Below are positions 1-15,400 of a stretch of DNA of 64,000 nucleotides, in pieces. Below the pieces are notes generated by a model. The model was not told the DNA's origin. It saw nothing but the letters and a program-made list of their open reading frames with translations, and did not search any database. The stretch is from Trichinella spiralis (lineage: Eukaryota). The position numbers were made by a program, and so were the translations under genes. The stretch covers positions 6,726,122-6,790,121 of the forward strand of contig NW_003526943.1 of NCBI RefSeq assembly GCF_000181795.1. The letters are read 5' to 3'. Position 1 is the first letter of the stretch. Every line of letters begins with the position of its first letter.

Positions 1-3000
1 AATTGTCAGCTGCTGGTGTTGCAGGCAATGGATTTTTTCGCACAAGCATACGCTGCTCATTGTCCATCGTCAAATCAACCCAAACCGCCGAATTAGCTGC
101 TGCTTCTGCACTGTGCACATCTTGTTCGTCGTCGTTCACAGCAGTCGACTCTTTGGGCTTGGTGTAGCAGCAGTCGTCAGGTTGGGATGATGAGTTGGCC
201 AAATAGTCGCTGATGTCGGCTCCTGAAAATCCAAAAAAAACCACCTTCAAAATTTACCACCAACAACAACAACTGCATTGCTCTTGTGACCAGAAATGCT
301 GCATACGCAGAGGATGTGCGACGAGGACACATCGAAGGTATCGATAATTTCGTTGGCTTTGTTAGCACGGATCACCGAAACCAAGCTGCGGCCCCTGGCC
401 GAGCTGCATATCCAAACCAAATTCGAATGCAACCACTCTCGTTCTTGATGTCGTTGAATTTCCATCTGTTTCACCTGAAAAAAAATAATAATTAATCTTC
501 CTTCACAGCAACAACACACACACATTGTCAGATATTTGAGTTTCAAAAAAAACCTCTCAACTGAACAATAAAAATAATATTCAAACAACCTTGAGTTCAT
601 AGTCAAGTTTTCCCACTTCGTCTGCAGCTTGTTGAGTTGGCTGCTCGCAGAAATTATCTCGCAAATGTTCTTTGGAATAAAATACACTGCTCCCGACAAT
701 AAAGCCGCCATCTGGGGTAAAACCGCCGTTCAAGTCAACACCACAAGCGCACCAGATCTGAAATCAACCAACCAACAAATAAATGTATAAATTCAAATTA
801 TAATAATTAAAAAAAAAGAGAGAGAGAAACCTTCAAGTGTGGCTCGTTTTCATAAAGAGGCTGACAAGATACCGGCACTGGAACGGATGCTTGAGGAGCG
901 TCGAGCACCGGTATACTCCAGCCGTAAGCTTGGAATCGACCGGATTCGTCCTTTTTCACGTGCGCTTTCACCAACTTGTATTGTTCCTTTCTTTCCGCGG
1001 CACGTCGTTCAGATGAACTGAAAAAAGGAAATAATAAAGGAATTACACCAATAATAATGATAATTGTTTTTAAGAATAAAAAAAGCACAAATTATTTATT
1101 ATTTCTGCTTACAAATCTTTGTCTAGAAAATCAAAAGCTTTCAATTTGCCATTGCTGCTACTTTTGCGCTGTTTCTCCGATCCAGGAAGCAAATTCCGAT
1201 TCGGTGCATTGTAGCGCAAATTGACCATCGCATGCTGGTCAGCGGCAGCGTGGTTCGAACCGCTGCTGAACAATCCGTTGAAGCTGTAAAATGGATAATT
1301 TTTTGATCATAAAATTTGAATATAATTTTAAGAATGCAAATTTACAAATCCCAAATGCTGCCTCGTTTGCGTTTCAACGACGGATCGTTCCTCGACGCGC
1401 GTATCATTTCTGTCCAACGAACCGCCTCTTGCAGTTCCATCAATTTTTCCTTGTACTGATTGCGTTCCATCAACACGCGAGCCATTTCAATTCGAGTGAA
1501 TCGTTTCCGTTGAGCCATCGGCACGTCGCTCTGCAAGCAAAACAACACTTTTCACGTAAACAAAATTACAGTACGCTGAAAATTAAGATAAATAAATAAA
1601 CAAACAAACAAACATTCTCATCACGATTGCGCAACTCTTCCAACGATTGTTTCGATTCTTTCAATTCTTGTTCAAGTTCCCGTACACGTTCGTTCAATTT
1701 CGCTCGAACCATCTCCAAGCTGCGTATCTCTTCGCGCAGAATATCTTGTTCACTAAACTTTTATGCAAATCACAAAGCAAAAAAAAGTTCAAAACTTCTT
1801 TTTAACTCACCTTGCCATACCATCGAGTTGTGCGATCAGATCATTTTTGACCACATTCAGGGCGTTCTTCGTCTCCAACAGTTCCGTGTTCTCTTTGATC
1901 AAATTTTCCACCTCACGCCCCATACCTTAAATATACACATACACACACATATTACCCAGTGGATATTTCTGAACAAGAAAGCAAAGATGCAAAGGCGCGG
2001 CGGCCAGACATTACCAAACAAACTGTCGTTTACTGCAATTCCAAATCGTTGATCAGTTAGTTTTAAAATAGAACAGATCCGATTAGTAAGTATATTGTCA
2101 AGAATAATAATAAAATACAATAACAGCACACATCCCAACAACTGATCAAAACATGCAATCAACAATGAACAAATGAACAAACAACAACGCGTTTCACAAA
2201 TCCATTCAATCGACATCTCTCTTCTATTCAAACTGGCTAGCTAGCTAGCTAGTTAACTACTGTTCTTGGAGTAATGCGTACAATTATTGTTTTTTTTTAA
2301 ATTACCGCTTAAAAAATTCCCTCACAAAAATTAAATAAATCAGAAAAGCTTTCGTTGATTTATTTCATCACTATGAATGCTATTATCACTATGGCAATGG
2401 CAACTAAACTTGCTATAGCTATGATGATGATGATGATGATAATAACTATGAAAATGCAGAAAAAGTTTAAGAAAAAAACTTTTCACTGCGTCAAATTTGT
2501 TCCCTCTGTTGCGTTGAATAAATATAGTGCTTTTACGATTTAATTCTCTCCACTGGTTGTTAATAATGTCATCAGAAATAAAACTGGGTTAATAATTTAT
2601 GAAAGCTAAATAAAATGCTTTACTAATTTCAATTAACTGTCAAAAAAGACGTATTGCGCTTATGAAATAATAGATTATTCAAAAATTATATACTCGCTAA
2701 TTATGGTTCATGAAAATACTAATTAATTATTTGAATCAGAATATTATTTTCGATGCAAAAGAAACACTAGATACAAAAAAGCAACCATGATGCACACCAA
2801 AACGACAAGACACAAACACGTTTCACGACAAGTACGCTACAAAAGAAAAACACACATGCTTGAATAGAACTTTGAATAGTATACTAACCCGCTGAAGCGA
2901 ATTCCGCAGGATCAACCAAGCCGCCTTAATATAAAGCATATGTGTATGATGATGATAATATATATTAGCAAACAATGTACCAAGCCATTTCTCAAATTTA

Positions 3001-4400
3001 GGCTTGCCAAATAAATAATTTTCACGGCGAGTAGAAATTATGTAATAAATAATAATAATAATAATTTTTTCAAAATTCAATTAACCTGTCAAATCCACAC
3101 CGAGAGCATCGTCGGATCCAGAATCGGCAGCGTTGTGGGTCGAAGCCGGTGGGCTTTCGGTTTCTTCAGTTCTAACAAACAAGTAGTGGTGAGAGAAAAA
3201 AAAATTTTTTTTCCATATCAATCAATTTTCAGACAAATTATACTTTTTTGTAGGTGTTTCGCAAAAATCTTCAGCTTCAAATTCCGCATCTGCTGGAACT
3301 GTACGTTCGAAACTCCATCCTGACAATACAAAAAATTCCACCACAAACAAGTTGAATCAGTGAAATCAACAAACGATACCATCGACAGCCGAAGATCGAC
3401 GCTCTGAATGTCTCGGATAATTGCTCAAATCTCTTCCTTCCACGTTGTCGTCGTGAAATTGCCCAACTAAATGCGAATGTACTTGTGGAACAGTAAAACT
3501 ACAACAACAAATTCGCACCACTATAATTTATTATTTTCATTTTTTGAAAAATTATACTTTTTTCCCGTTCCACTGGAAAACACTCCACTGCTTGTCATGC
3601 TAACGTCGAATTTATCACTGCCCATGAGAAACTTTGTCCTTTCCATGTAGTCCATATGGGTGCGAAATAATTCCGTATACCGATCGTGAAGTTTGTTGTA
3701 CTCTTGTTTGGATTCCACTTCGCGATCTTCCAATCTGGCTACTGAACAATTTTTGTGGTTTGCTTTTTTTTAATGAATTTTTGAAACGAAAAAGAATAAA
3801 ACCTTGATCGGTGCAATTTTTTGCTTTGAGCTCCAACATTCGCACGATCGATTCCAGCGATTCCAATTTTTCCTTCATGCCACTTCTCTCCTCTTCGAAT
3901 ACATCTTCAACTTCAAGACATCGCTGAAATAAATACAAAAACGTACGCTTTCGTGGATATATCAAATATGCATACATCTTTTCATACTTGTTCTGTTGAT
4001 CTTCGCAACTGCTTTTCCCGTTCGTACTGCGTGACCAGCTGCTCGTTGTCTTCTTTCAGAAGTTCCAACTCCACTTCGTGCTCTTCTTTTTCCAACTGTG
4101 CCAAATCCAAAGCTTCCAACATGCTAACCACCAACGGCATCAAATCCTGACCAAATCAATTGAACAAGTCAACAATAGAAGAAGCAAATTAATCACTAGT
4201 CATTTGTTCACTTTCACAGACTCTTCACCGAACTGTTGTATCATGCGTTCAAATTCTTTGTAAATTGAGCTGGCCATATTCTGCACCTTTTCCGACATCA
4301 CGCGAGATTCTTCCGTGCTAGAGCTGGACTCCGTGCCGAATATCATCTCACCGCTGTCGCTTTTGATCAAATTCGTCATTGTGAAAACAATATCTAACAT
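1..4400 (-). CDS. unc-16: JNK-interacting protein 3 (JIP3/MAPK8IP3/SPAG9 family, UNC-16), multi-exon, 3' part runs off window start
   Basis: Spliced translation gives RH1 ([37 protein letters not shown]), leucine zipper II ([31 protein letters not shown]), RH2 ([44 protein letters not shown]) and QAYGWS...[10 protein letters not shown]. The start is either of two in-frame ATGs, 4400 or 4379. Confidence 0.95.
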
Positions 4401-5241
4401 GATTTGAAAAGCAACGCTAAATTTGCAAAACCCAATTCGAGCAAACAACAATCACCTACCGTACAACTGCTGCGAATATGCGTAATTGTTCAATTATTGC
4501 TCGTGGCGACGGCCATCAAAAAAAATAACCACAGTTCAACTTTTACGAAAGGTATGTCTGCAAAGTTGTGTTGCTTGATCACGTGACACTGCTTCAACTC
4601 ACGAAAAACAAATCAAATCAATTTGCCAATCATCAGTTAACAACACTCCTCATCCAAGAGGGCTCACTTATTACCAGCTGAAAATAATCTGTAAATTTTT
4701 GATAATAAAGTACAAATTTGTATTGTTGGCTTACTGTAATTTGTACGTTGCAAAACATGTTTACATACGAAGTAGATAAATTTAGATTGAAAAATTGTTT
4801 AACTGTTAATTTATAGAATTATTTTGAAAAAAAGCTGTCAAAATCATCTAAAATTTTGTCTTATTTCGTTAATAAAACATTTTTTAACACTGTATACGGG
4901 TGATAGCGATCATCGATCGATGCACAAAAGCAAATAAATGGTGCTTTAAAAGTATTTCAATTATAAAAAAATAACGTAAACTAATTTTCAAGTCACTTTT
5001 ATTTATGTTTTCAGGAAGCACTGCTCAACAAAACACGTCACAGATATTTCAGTTGCTTGCGCTGGTTGTTGCATCGTTGAAATGCGGTTGATAATTATTC
5101 ACTACTAGAGAGCATGTCGCGTATTGAAAATTTGAAGCGAAGTGAATTTTTCTTGATCGGAATATAATAAATACCCAATGTGTTGAAGAAGTGTTTTTTC
5201 AATCAACACAAAGTTGTAGTTCTATTTTTCAACGTTTCCAA

Positions 5242-6590
<1,349 letters not shown>

Positions 6591-7049
6591 ACTGTATCAA
6601 AAATAATTTAAAAAATAGCAAAAGAATGAACAAAAATTATCATAATGTGCATCTCGATTGACGGAACAACAAGTGGAACAGGTGCAAAATTGAAAACGAC
6701 AAGTGTGAAAATTGCTTTTTATTACTAACAATAAATAAGGGAAAGCAAACGTCAAAAAATATTGCACGCATTTTACAAAAATGAGCAAAATGCAACGCAG
6801 TGCTACTGTTCACTACAAAAATCTATAATATTGCAGCACTAAGAGATGATGGATGATAAAATTATTCAATCACATCATGATTGGTCAGCACAGATTGAAC
6901 ATAAAAAAGAAGAGTATTTTAATTTTGAATGAACTGAATAATAATAAGGTGATTTAAGTAGATTCTTACAGCACGCCAATAAATGTTATTCAGAAGTGAA
7001 CTAACTAATTGTGAACTGATTGCTCTAACTGGCCATCCAAATGAACAAA

Positions 7050-9691
7050 TCATCCAACAGATTGAAATGCCTGAAAATGAAAAATAAAATTAAAAGAAAA
7101 AAGAAAACTGCATAATTTACCCTCAATTTCAAAGTCATCGTAATCGGTGAGAGATGCGGTCCGAGAGCCAGATGCCATGTTTGTTGCTTCAATTCCATGT
7201 TGTTCTCCTCTTTCAGTAGTCGAACAGGAATCGCAACTTCACCCAAAGATCGACCGCTAGTTTTGTCCTTTGCCTAATACAGGAAATTAATAGAATATAC
7301 ACAAATTCGAATTATGAAAAAACATAAATATAAACCATTCATTCATTCATACTTCCAATTTCAAGATATCGTGATGAACATTCTTCACCAGAAAAACAAA
7401 TCTTTGCTGGTAAACAGGATTGTTTGTCTTCATTTTCACGCTAGTTTTGCGCTGTTCATTTCCAAAAGTCAGAAGAATAAATGGCGACGGCTCAAAAGAT
7501 TTTCTCACACTCTACAACAAACAACGTAAACATAAAATTTGGATGAACAAAACAATTCACCGGAAGATTTTTTATGCAATCAACGTAGATCATCAGCAAA
7601 GCGTGATTGCGTGGACCACTGCTGGGCACTGAATGAGGCAAATTTTGCACATCATCCAACAATGATGCATCCGAAGACAGATTCATCCAATGCACACTCA
7701 AGTTCACATTGCCGTGCTTGACAGCATTCAAAGCATACCACTGAAAATAAAATACTGCTCAGCATTTATGAAACGATTTATATAACCATTCACTGTTCGT
7801 TCAACTTACATCCGATATGTAGCCTTTGCTTCGTACAGAATCCATATCCAAATCAAGGTTACCCAAAAATTCATCCCGAGAACCGGGATCTTCATCGTAA
7901 AGTTCAACACCCAAGTACTGTCCATCGGCATGGTCGACAATGGCATCAAATTCTTCATTCCAAACAGGATTCAAATTATTTTCTATCGTTTTAGTCTGAT
8001 AAATCTGTCCTCCAACTAAACAACAATCAATAATAAGCAAAATATTGCCATATTAAAATTATTTGAATTAACGTTTTACAATTTAACAGTTGGTAATGAA
8101 TTAATCAATATTTTGTATGTTTCTTTTGTAATATTTGAAGAAATTAACCAAAATAAAAATAATATCTACCTGTTATTCGAACATACGGATCCGACTTTCC
8201 TTTGAGAAATGAATCTTTGTTCTCCAAATTCGTCGCTGCAATAACACCAACGCGAACAATTCCCTAAATTAAATATTACCACACTAATATCTGAACATCT
8301 TAATATTTTACAAAAAAAACTTGTTTCTATTCAAAGATATGAAAAAATTTCTTTTTTGAATATCATCTTTAAAATGAAATTAAAAAAATAAATTAAAAAA
8401 TTTCACAGGTAAACAACATCTTTTCTTTTCTATAATTTAAAATTCCTGCATTGCATTTTCGAAACATGCGTAAAATTAATTAATTTACACATCAAATATC
8501 AAATAAAACTACAATTTGAAAAAAAAACAACCAAAACCTGTGGTTCAGACATGGTCAAATCGCACATTTTCGTTTCTGGAACCACCGGTATAACAATCTC
8601 GTTGGGCAAAACGCATATATTGGCCAACTGAGAGCTAATAACCGATCGCATCGCTTTCCTTTAAAAATATCAAATGCAGACTTCGAAATTTATGTCCCAA
8701 ACTTCGCACAACTCACATCAAACCTGGCATTTCGACCAGCTCGCCTGCACCAGTGAGATCAAATTCAAATGCCTGAAAAGGTGGAGATTTTCAAAATTAC
8801 TAAGAAAAAAAGTTTAACAAATAATTATTGTATTTATGTAAATTTTATTTTGGAAATAATTACCGGCTCATTGAGAAAAAAGATGACAAAGCCTCCAAAC
8901 CACGGTGGCTTAGAAATCAGCGGTCTGAGAATGCAGCGCAGCTTTCCTTGGAACTGCAAAGCAAACGGTAATAACGACGAAGACAGAGAAGAATTTTCAC
9001 CTGCAATTGTTCCACACCAGCCCTGAAACAGCCCACTTTGACAGACAGAGAACAATCGCCAGCATATCTGAAGTCAGCTTTCAAAGCAAATTAACTTTTT
9101 TCAAATACGTGAAAATTTGCACATCACTCACGCGACATCCATGTCCATGACAATACGATCTCGACCAACGTTCTCCGCGTAGACTTTTATACCGCCAACA
9201 CGGACCGGCTACATGGAAATGGTAAAATAAATTCACGATAAATGAACAACATGTAGATATTTGCATACAATATCTCCAATGTCGATAGATTCGAAACAAA
9301 AGCTGCGAAACACGGACGGTAGGTTATCTTTGATCTGCGGTTCGATGTTCTCTTTGAGAAAATCTTTGGCAAAATTGGCTATACCAGGCCAAGTCTGAGC
9401 AATGACACGGTTGATCCATTCGACACGTTCCACGTCCGGAAATTGCACCCAAGTTGGCAAATCTTTCAGTTGAGTGACAATCACCTCCTTCTCTTGCAGG
9501 GCGGTCACTTGGTGCGCCCGTATGCGTCTGCTGCGTTGCCGCAGCAAGTGGTTCCTCAACAACACCAGCCCAAGCAAAGCAAGCATCCAAAATATTGAAC
9601 AATCCGACCGGCCAATTGTCCAACATACCAACACCAACAACGCCGAACCTACGCTGCTGCTGTAACTGCCGTCGGATGTTTCGCCGCGCAT
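7050..9691 (-). CDS. ESYT2: Extended synaptotagmin (hydrophobic hairpin, SMP, C2A, C2B), multi-exon
   Basis: N-terminal hydrophobic stretch, SMP start DLPTWVQFPDVERVEWINRVI, C2A (KGKSDPY, NLNPVWNE, YDEDPGSRDEFLG) and C2B (ALLMIYVD, TNNPVYQQRFVFLV). The last exon 7070-7050 reads AFQSVG*. Confidence 0.9.
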
Positions 9692-9909
9692 TTCAGTTTT
9701 GTCGCCGTATACAAAAGGAAACCAACGAGACGAAGCCCTTGCAATGAAAATACATTTCACATGCTTACCATATTTTGGAATTGCGAATGAAAAAATAATT
9801 TTTCAAAGCAAAGCAAAAGGAAAAATAAAGACTTGCAATGACAAATACTGATCGAATATCATCAATCAAATGGCAACAACTGATTTTTTATTGATTTATC
9901 ATTTAATTT

Positions 9910-12159
9910 TTAACAATCAAACCGATCCGGTGCGGACGGTCGTGGAATTGGTTCCACTCCGCTTGAAGATGGCTTTTCTGAAAAGTAAAAAATAAAAAAA
10001 TTAAAATGAAAATTCAAACAAATAGAACCATATTCTTCGTCTTCTGCTGAATCGTCATCCTGCAATCCTCCGAAACAAAATTGATCACCGAAAAAATTCT
10101 CTCGCAGCGACGCAATATCTTGAACAAAAAAAAATAAATACAAAATTTCATATAATTTCATAAAATAAAATAATTATAAAATCAGATCACAGCAATGGAA
10201 ATAAATTTCCACATGTCCAAACTTCAAACAAAAAAAAACTCACGGCTCTGAGGAGGATCTGACGCAATGTCCAACTTCAAGCGATTCAATCGTTCTGCTT
10301 GTTTTTCGATTTTCTTCTTATCCTGAGAAAACAATACAAAAAAGAAATACTGATTATCCCCCCATTATTGAATAAGATAATATATAATATAAGATTTTTT
10401 CCCAACGCTCACCAGTTGAAGTTTCCGTTGCTCCAACTCTGGTTTGTAGTCACTAAATGAAATATATTTCAAAGAGAAAAAAAACATCATTCACACAAAT
10501 TCCCCATCATCATACGTTTCGTATTCGAGTCTTGCTTGGTCGATTAATTCGAAAAATCTTTTCATGCCTTCGCCAGAAATAGCACTAACGCCTGTGCACT
10601 AAAATTTGATGGAAAATTATCAAATTTTTGAATAATTGCAATTATTTTGATGCCGATTCACTTTCAGTGTTTTGTAAAATTCTTCCAGTCCAAGAGCGAG
10701 GCGACGAGTCAAATCGCCAGCAAACGACGTTTCACTGTCCAGCGCCTCCAAAAAGCACTCAAAATCGTTAATCCAATCCAATGCAAAGTTGGCACTGATG
10801 ATATCAGTCTGTAGAATAAATTTTTTTTTAAAATATATATGATTAATAAACAACGACAACAACAACAAAGAAATTATTCACCTTATTCATTGCCACGACC
10901 ATCGGCAGTTGAGTTTTGTACATGATGCTGCAAGCGTAGAGCATGTTCGAAGTGAACGTAATCGGACTTGAACTGCGTGCCACATCCATAACGTAAACAA
11001 TAACCGTGGGAAACGAAGAAGCCTTGCAAAATAAGACAAGCATCAAACTGCTGATTGAAAAAGATTACAATTGTAAAACTCATTTTTTTAAAAACCTACA
11101 ATTGATTTCACTTTATTATTATAATGATAATTGTAACCGTTAAAAAAAACAAAATCAGAGTCGAGGAGAAAATAAAAGTAATCTAGATATCAATATTTGA
11201 CAAAAATATATTTAATATGTCATTCAAGAGTCAATTACCAACGTTTGGGAAATAATCGCGCCAGATGCAGACCATGTGAAAACTTCGATTTGGCCAGGAG
11301 TATCAAAAACAGCATATCTAGAATATGGATCAGTTTATTACAGAAAGATCACCAAAAATCTGAAAGCTCACTTGTAATTGATGCTGCTGTTTTCCAAAAA
11401 ATCAATCACCTGAACAGAGTAAAAATGATAAACGCAGTCAAGTTCAACGAATAAAAAAAAGATGACTTACCTTGCCAAAAGTAGTTGCGAAAATATTCAT
11501 CGCCGTCATGATTCCTCCATTGGGACCAAGTTCATACCTGGAGCAAAGAAATTCACACAGCTGAATCAATTATTCATTCAAATTTGCATTAATGACGTAC
11601 TTTTGCATGATTTCTTTGTAATTGACTGATTCTCGGATATCTAAATGCAATTTCAAACAAAACAAATATATATATATATATGTATAATATTGCACAAATG
11701 CAGAAAGAAATTTTCAAAATTAACATTAAACAAAACTTATTCAATGCAACCAACCATTTCCCATTATATAAGAAATAAATTATAAAAAAGAAAATGCAAA
11801 AATAAAAAAAACAGCAGTTCACATTAAGTTAAAATTATAATAATTACTAACCAACAGCAGTTGGATAAGAAACATAATGAACAGCTGGATCGAGATTAAC
11901 AGGATACAGGCTAGTTTTTGTAGCACTCAAGTAAGCGCAAATTCTCTGAAAGAAAACAAAATTCAAAGCACTGATTGGTTGAAAAATAAAAACCAAAATA
12001 CAATCGAACCTGTACAAGTGTAGATTTTCCTGAACCGGCCATGCCAAGCACGATCATGCAAGTTGGCTTCAAATGGTCCGGCAGAGGAGCAGAAACTGTA
12101 TTTTCATTGTTAGCAGCTTTTTCAGTCGATTCCGTTTCTCCTGCAGTTTCAGTATCCAT
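9910..12159 (-). CDS. GPN1: GPN-loop GTPase 1 (XAB1/Npa3; C. elegans gop-2 type), multi-exon
   Basis: P-loop [56 protein letters not shown] and an acidic C-terminal tail. Confidence 0.95.
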
Positions 12160-12430
12160 CGTACTGAGTAGTAAAATAATTAAAAATAAATAAATAAACA
12201 AATACAACATCAATAACAATAAGTATGTATCGTCAAATAAACGAATTTCTTATAGAAAACAAAATCTTGCATTACTATTTACTTCAACCCTGTTGTATTT
12301 TCCAAATTAAAAACAAAACAAAACAAAAAACAAAGAACAAAAATATAATAAATATTATTATTATTATTAATAAAAGCTTGCAAAACGCGTTTTCAAATCT
12401 AGTGCGCTTTGACATAATATTAAAATTAAA

Positions 12431-15400
12431 TTATTGATTCTGTCGAGATTCAGCAGAATTCAACCGAGCAGTGGTGCAACTACTGCTGCTAGCCGGCTGT
12501 TCTTGGCAATACTCGGTCACTTCAGCGGCATTAGCTATGGTCGTGTTGAATTTTTGAGAAAATAGCAATTTCGCAGGCTTTGGCGATTGTCCCAAGTCAA
12601 TGCAGCGCATTTCTTCCACAACTCCGTCTATATCATCCTGCTTCTTCGGTTCCTCGTTACTTGAATTTGTCGGAGACAACTCTACTTTAGACCCTGATAA
12701 TAAATTCAATATTGTTTTCTTCTTATTTTTTTGCATGCACGAATGCTATCAATCTGTGCTATCAAGCAGATTCAAATCAGTTTCATTTACCTGTAAATTT
12801 TGCCAAACGAGAGCGTCTCTTTGGTGAAAATGGTCGACTAGGGCCAGGCGCAACCGGCGACGCTGTCTGCAAAATAGATGAATAAATAATTTAAAAAAAT
12901 ATATATACTTATCTTTTTATATGTATGCAGGTATTATGTATTTAAAAATCAATAAACGCTGCTTGTGCAAGCAAAGCCCTACCTCGTTGCCAGGATTGCC
13001 GCTAGAGCCATGAACGACGACAAATCCTGGTAACATCTGATTAGCTTTGCCTACAAAATTCAGTAAACGTGTAGTGAGCCGGTAGCGGTAAAGGATGCGG
13101 TGCAATTGAGCATTTTGTAGCCCACGTAAAATTAAAGCCAGGTAAATGCAAGCCAACGCAAACCTCACACGACTCTACATACCGGTTGTCAAATTATGAA
13201 ATACCCGCGATGGTAATGGTCCCGCAGGTTCTGGTACTTTGACGTGCAACAGGTCACAAATTGTGACCAATCGATACTTTCGACTCTGCGAGCAACCCTG
13301 AAAAGAAAATTTTCAAATCACACATTTTAAACGTGCAAAATAAACCTTTGTCAGCCTCTGCTTGGCGGCCATGCAGCGGATGTGATCGTCGAAAAGCAAT
13401 TTTGCGGCAAATAATGGACTTTTCGTAGTATTCAGCCTGGATTTCGCACTGTGCACCATTAATAACAACGCTCGATTGTCTTTTTCCGTGCGAACTTCAC
13501 AACTCTTGAACAAAAAAGAAATCAACACGATCAACGAGAGATCATTTCGAATTTTGCGTACTAGATTCTATGCTAATTTTTTTACCTGAAGCTGTCCAAC
13601 GAATCGAACCACACCCCAACCAACTTTACTCGAATCAGGTTCAACAAAATACAGCTGAGCATTTCCAACTACCAAAAATTGATGACATCGATTGCTAAGA
13701 GAATTTGAAAACAAAAATTATCTTAAAAAACACATCCACTACTACTATACTGAACAGCAGCACTCACTTGTCGTCGTGTATAACTGTACAAGCCAACAGA
13801 TCACTGTTCGCTTAAAATAAAAATACAATAATACATAACAGCGTGTTAAAAGGAAGAAGAACTTGCCAAGATTCATGCAATCGCCTTCTTTGACACTAAG
13901 CACCGGCTGCATAGTTTTTTCAAGTTCCAAACTTTCAGCGCGTAAATTGGTCAATAATTTACTCAAAATAAACCAAGATCGAAGAAGCTTCAAAAGATAA
14001 AAAATATAGAAAATATTTCAAAAAAAAAGTTTCAAAATTTGCATTTCATTTTTCTCACCCGACGTACACGCTCGTATTCTGTACAAGTTGGTCGATTGGT
14101 GTAGTCAACGGTAGGAGGTATGAGTGAAGGTGAAATTAGAAACAACTCCTTTGAACAGCTTCTTGCCAAATTAAACGTGCTGTTCTGTTGTGTAAAAGAA
14201 AAAAACTCAATGGACTTTTTTTACAAAAAAATTTATTTTTCACCATGAACGCAGTCGCTTCATCTTCGAAAAGTTCGATAAACGTATCAAAAGCCTGAAA
14301 AAAAAAACAAGTTGAATTTTATAAAAAAAATCCATCTTCATCATGATCATTTGAAAATCAGAACAAAACGCTCTTACCTCTATGCAAGGAATTAATTTTT
14401 GCTCAATCAAATGTCGGCAGTGTTTCAGACGAGGAATCGTTTCCAAAATTACCCTGCTGTGCATTTTGCTTGAATGAAACAACTGCGTGATATAAGTGCA
14501 ACACAACTCCAAGGTGGCAATTCGAACTGGACAATCTAAATTTTGTTCTTTATATAATTTTCTAAATTATGTAACATTATTTTGCAAAAAATACCTTCAT
14601 CATGTGAACGTAATATCAGCTGAAGTATCGGTGTTGCATAATTTCCAACATTACAGTTTCCACTCTAAAACAACATAATCATAATCAAATGCAATGATGA
14701 GATGAAATTCAACCTTGGATTCACGATCGACCGGAGAAGAAATCTGAGTGCATTCCATTACTGCTGGTGAAATTCCTAAAAGTACACCAAATGCCAATCA
14801 AAATTTCATTCACATTTTTAATTTACAAAGAAAAACAATACTTCACAAAAATAAATATTAATATTAAAATAAAGTTAAAAAGCACTCTGAAAACAAATCA
14901 TATGATTGAAGTTCATTACAAGTGAACCTTTTCAAAGCTCATATCATGCAAGGGCATGCAAAAAAATTTTAGAATTGTTATTTCGCTAAAAGCAGACTGA
15001 TTGTATTTGAAAAAAAACCACATGAAAGCATAAAGCTAACCTTCGTTTTCACCAATGGCAAGCATAAGACAAAGCACAAAGTATGCAATTTGGTCATTTT
15101 CTGCATTTTCCAAGGACGAAAAAATAATTGATGCAAACGTCCTGTAAAAGCAACAAAACAACAACAAAATATACTTCATCAGTTCATATTTCAATGAAAT
15201 TTTTATATCAAATTTTAATTTCAAACCTGTCGTCGTCTACAGACTGATCTGCGCAATTATCCACCACTGGTGCCAATTCAGCAGTTTCATCTGCAAAATT
15301 AATTGAATCAAAAAAAAGAAATATTAATAAATTATATTCCCAAGCACAACCAGACAAATCACAGACACCATTTGTAGAAGCTGTTTCGGCTTTTGGAATT

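Noticed and set aside
2236..2252. (GCTA)n self-complementary run in a JIP3 intron
   Set aside because: Only about four units; an ordinary microsatellite.
7025..7070. ORF-track ending HFNLLDDLFIWMAS for E-Syt
   Set aside because: That frame requires intron read-through; the phase-0 splice gives AFQSVG* ending at 7050.
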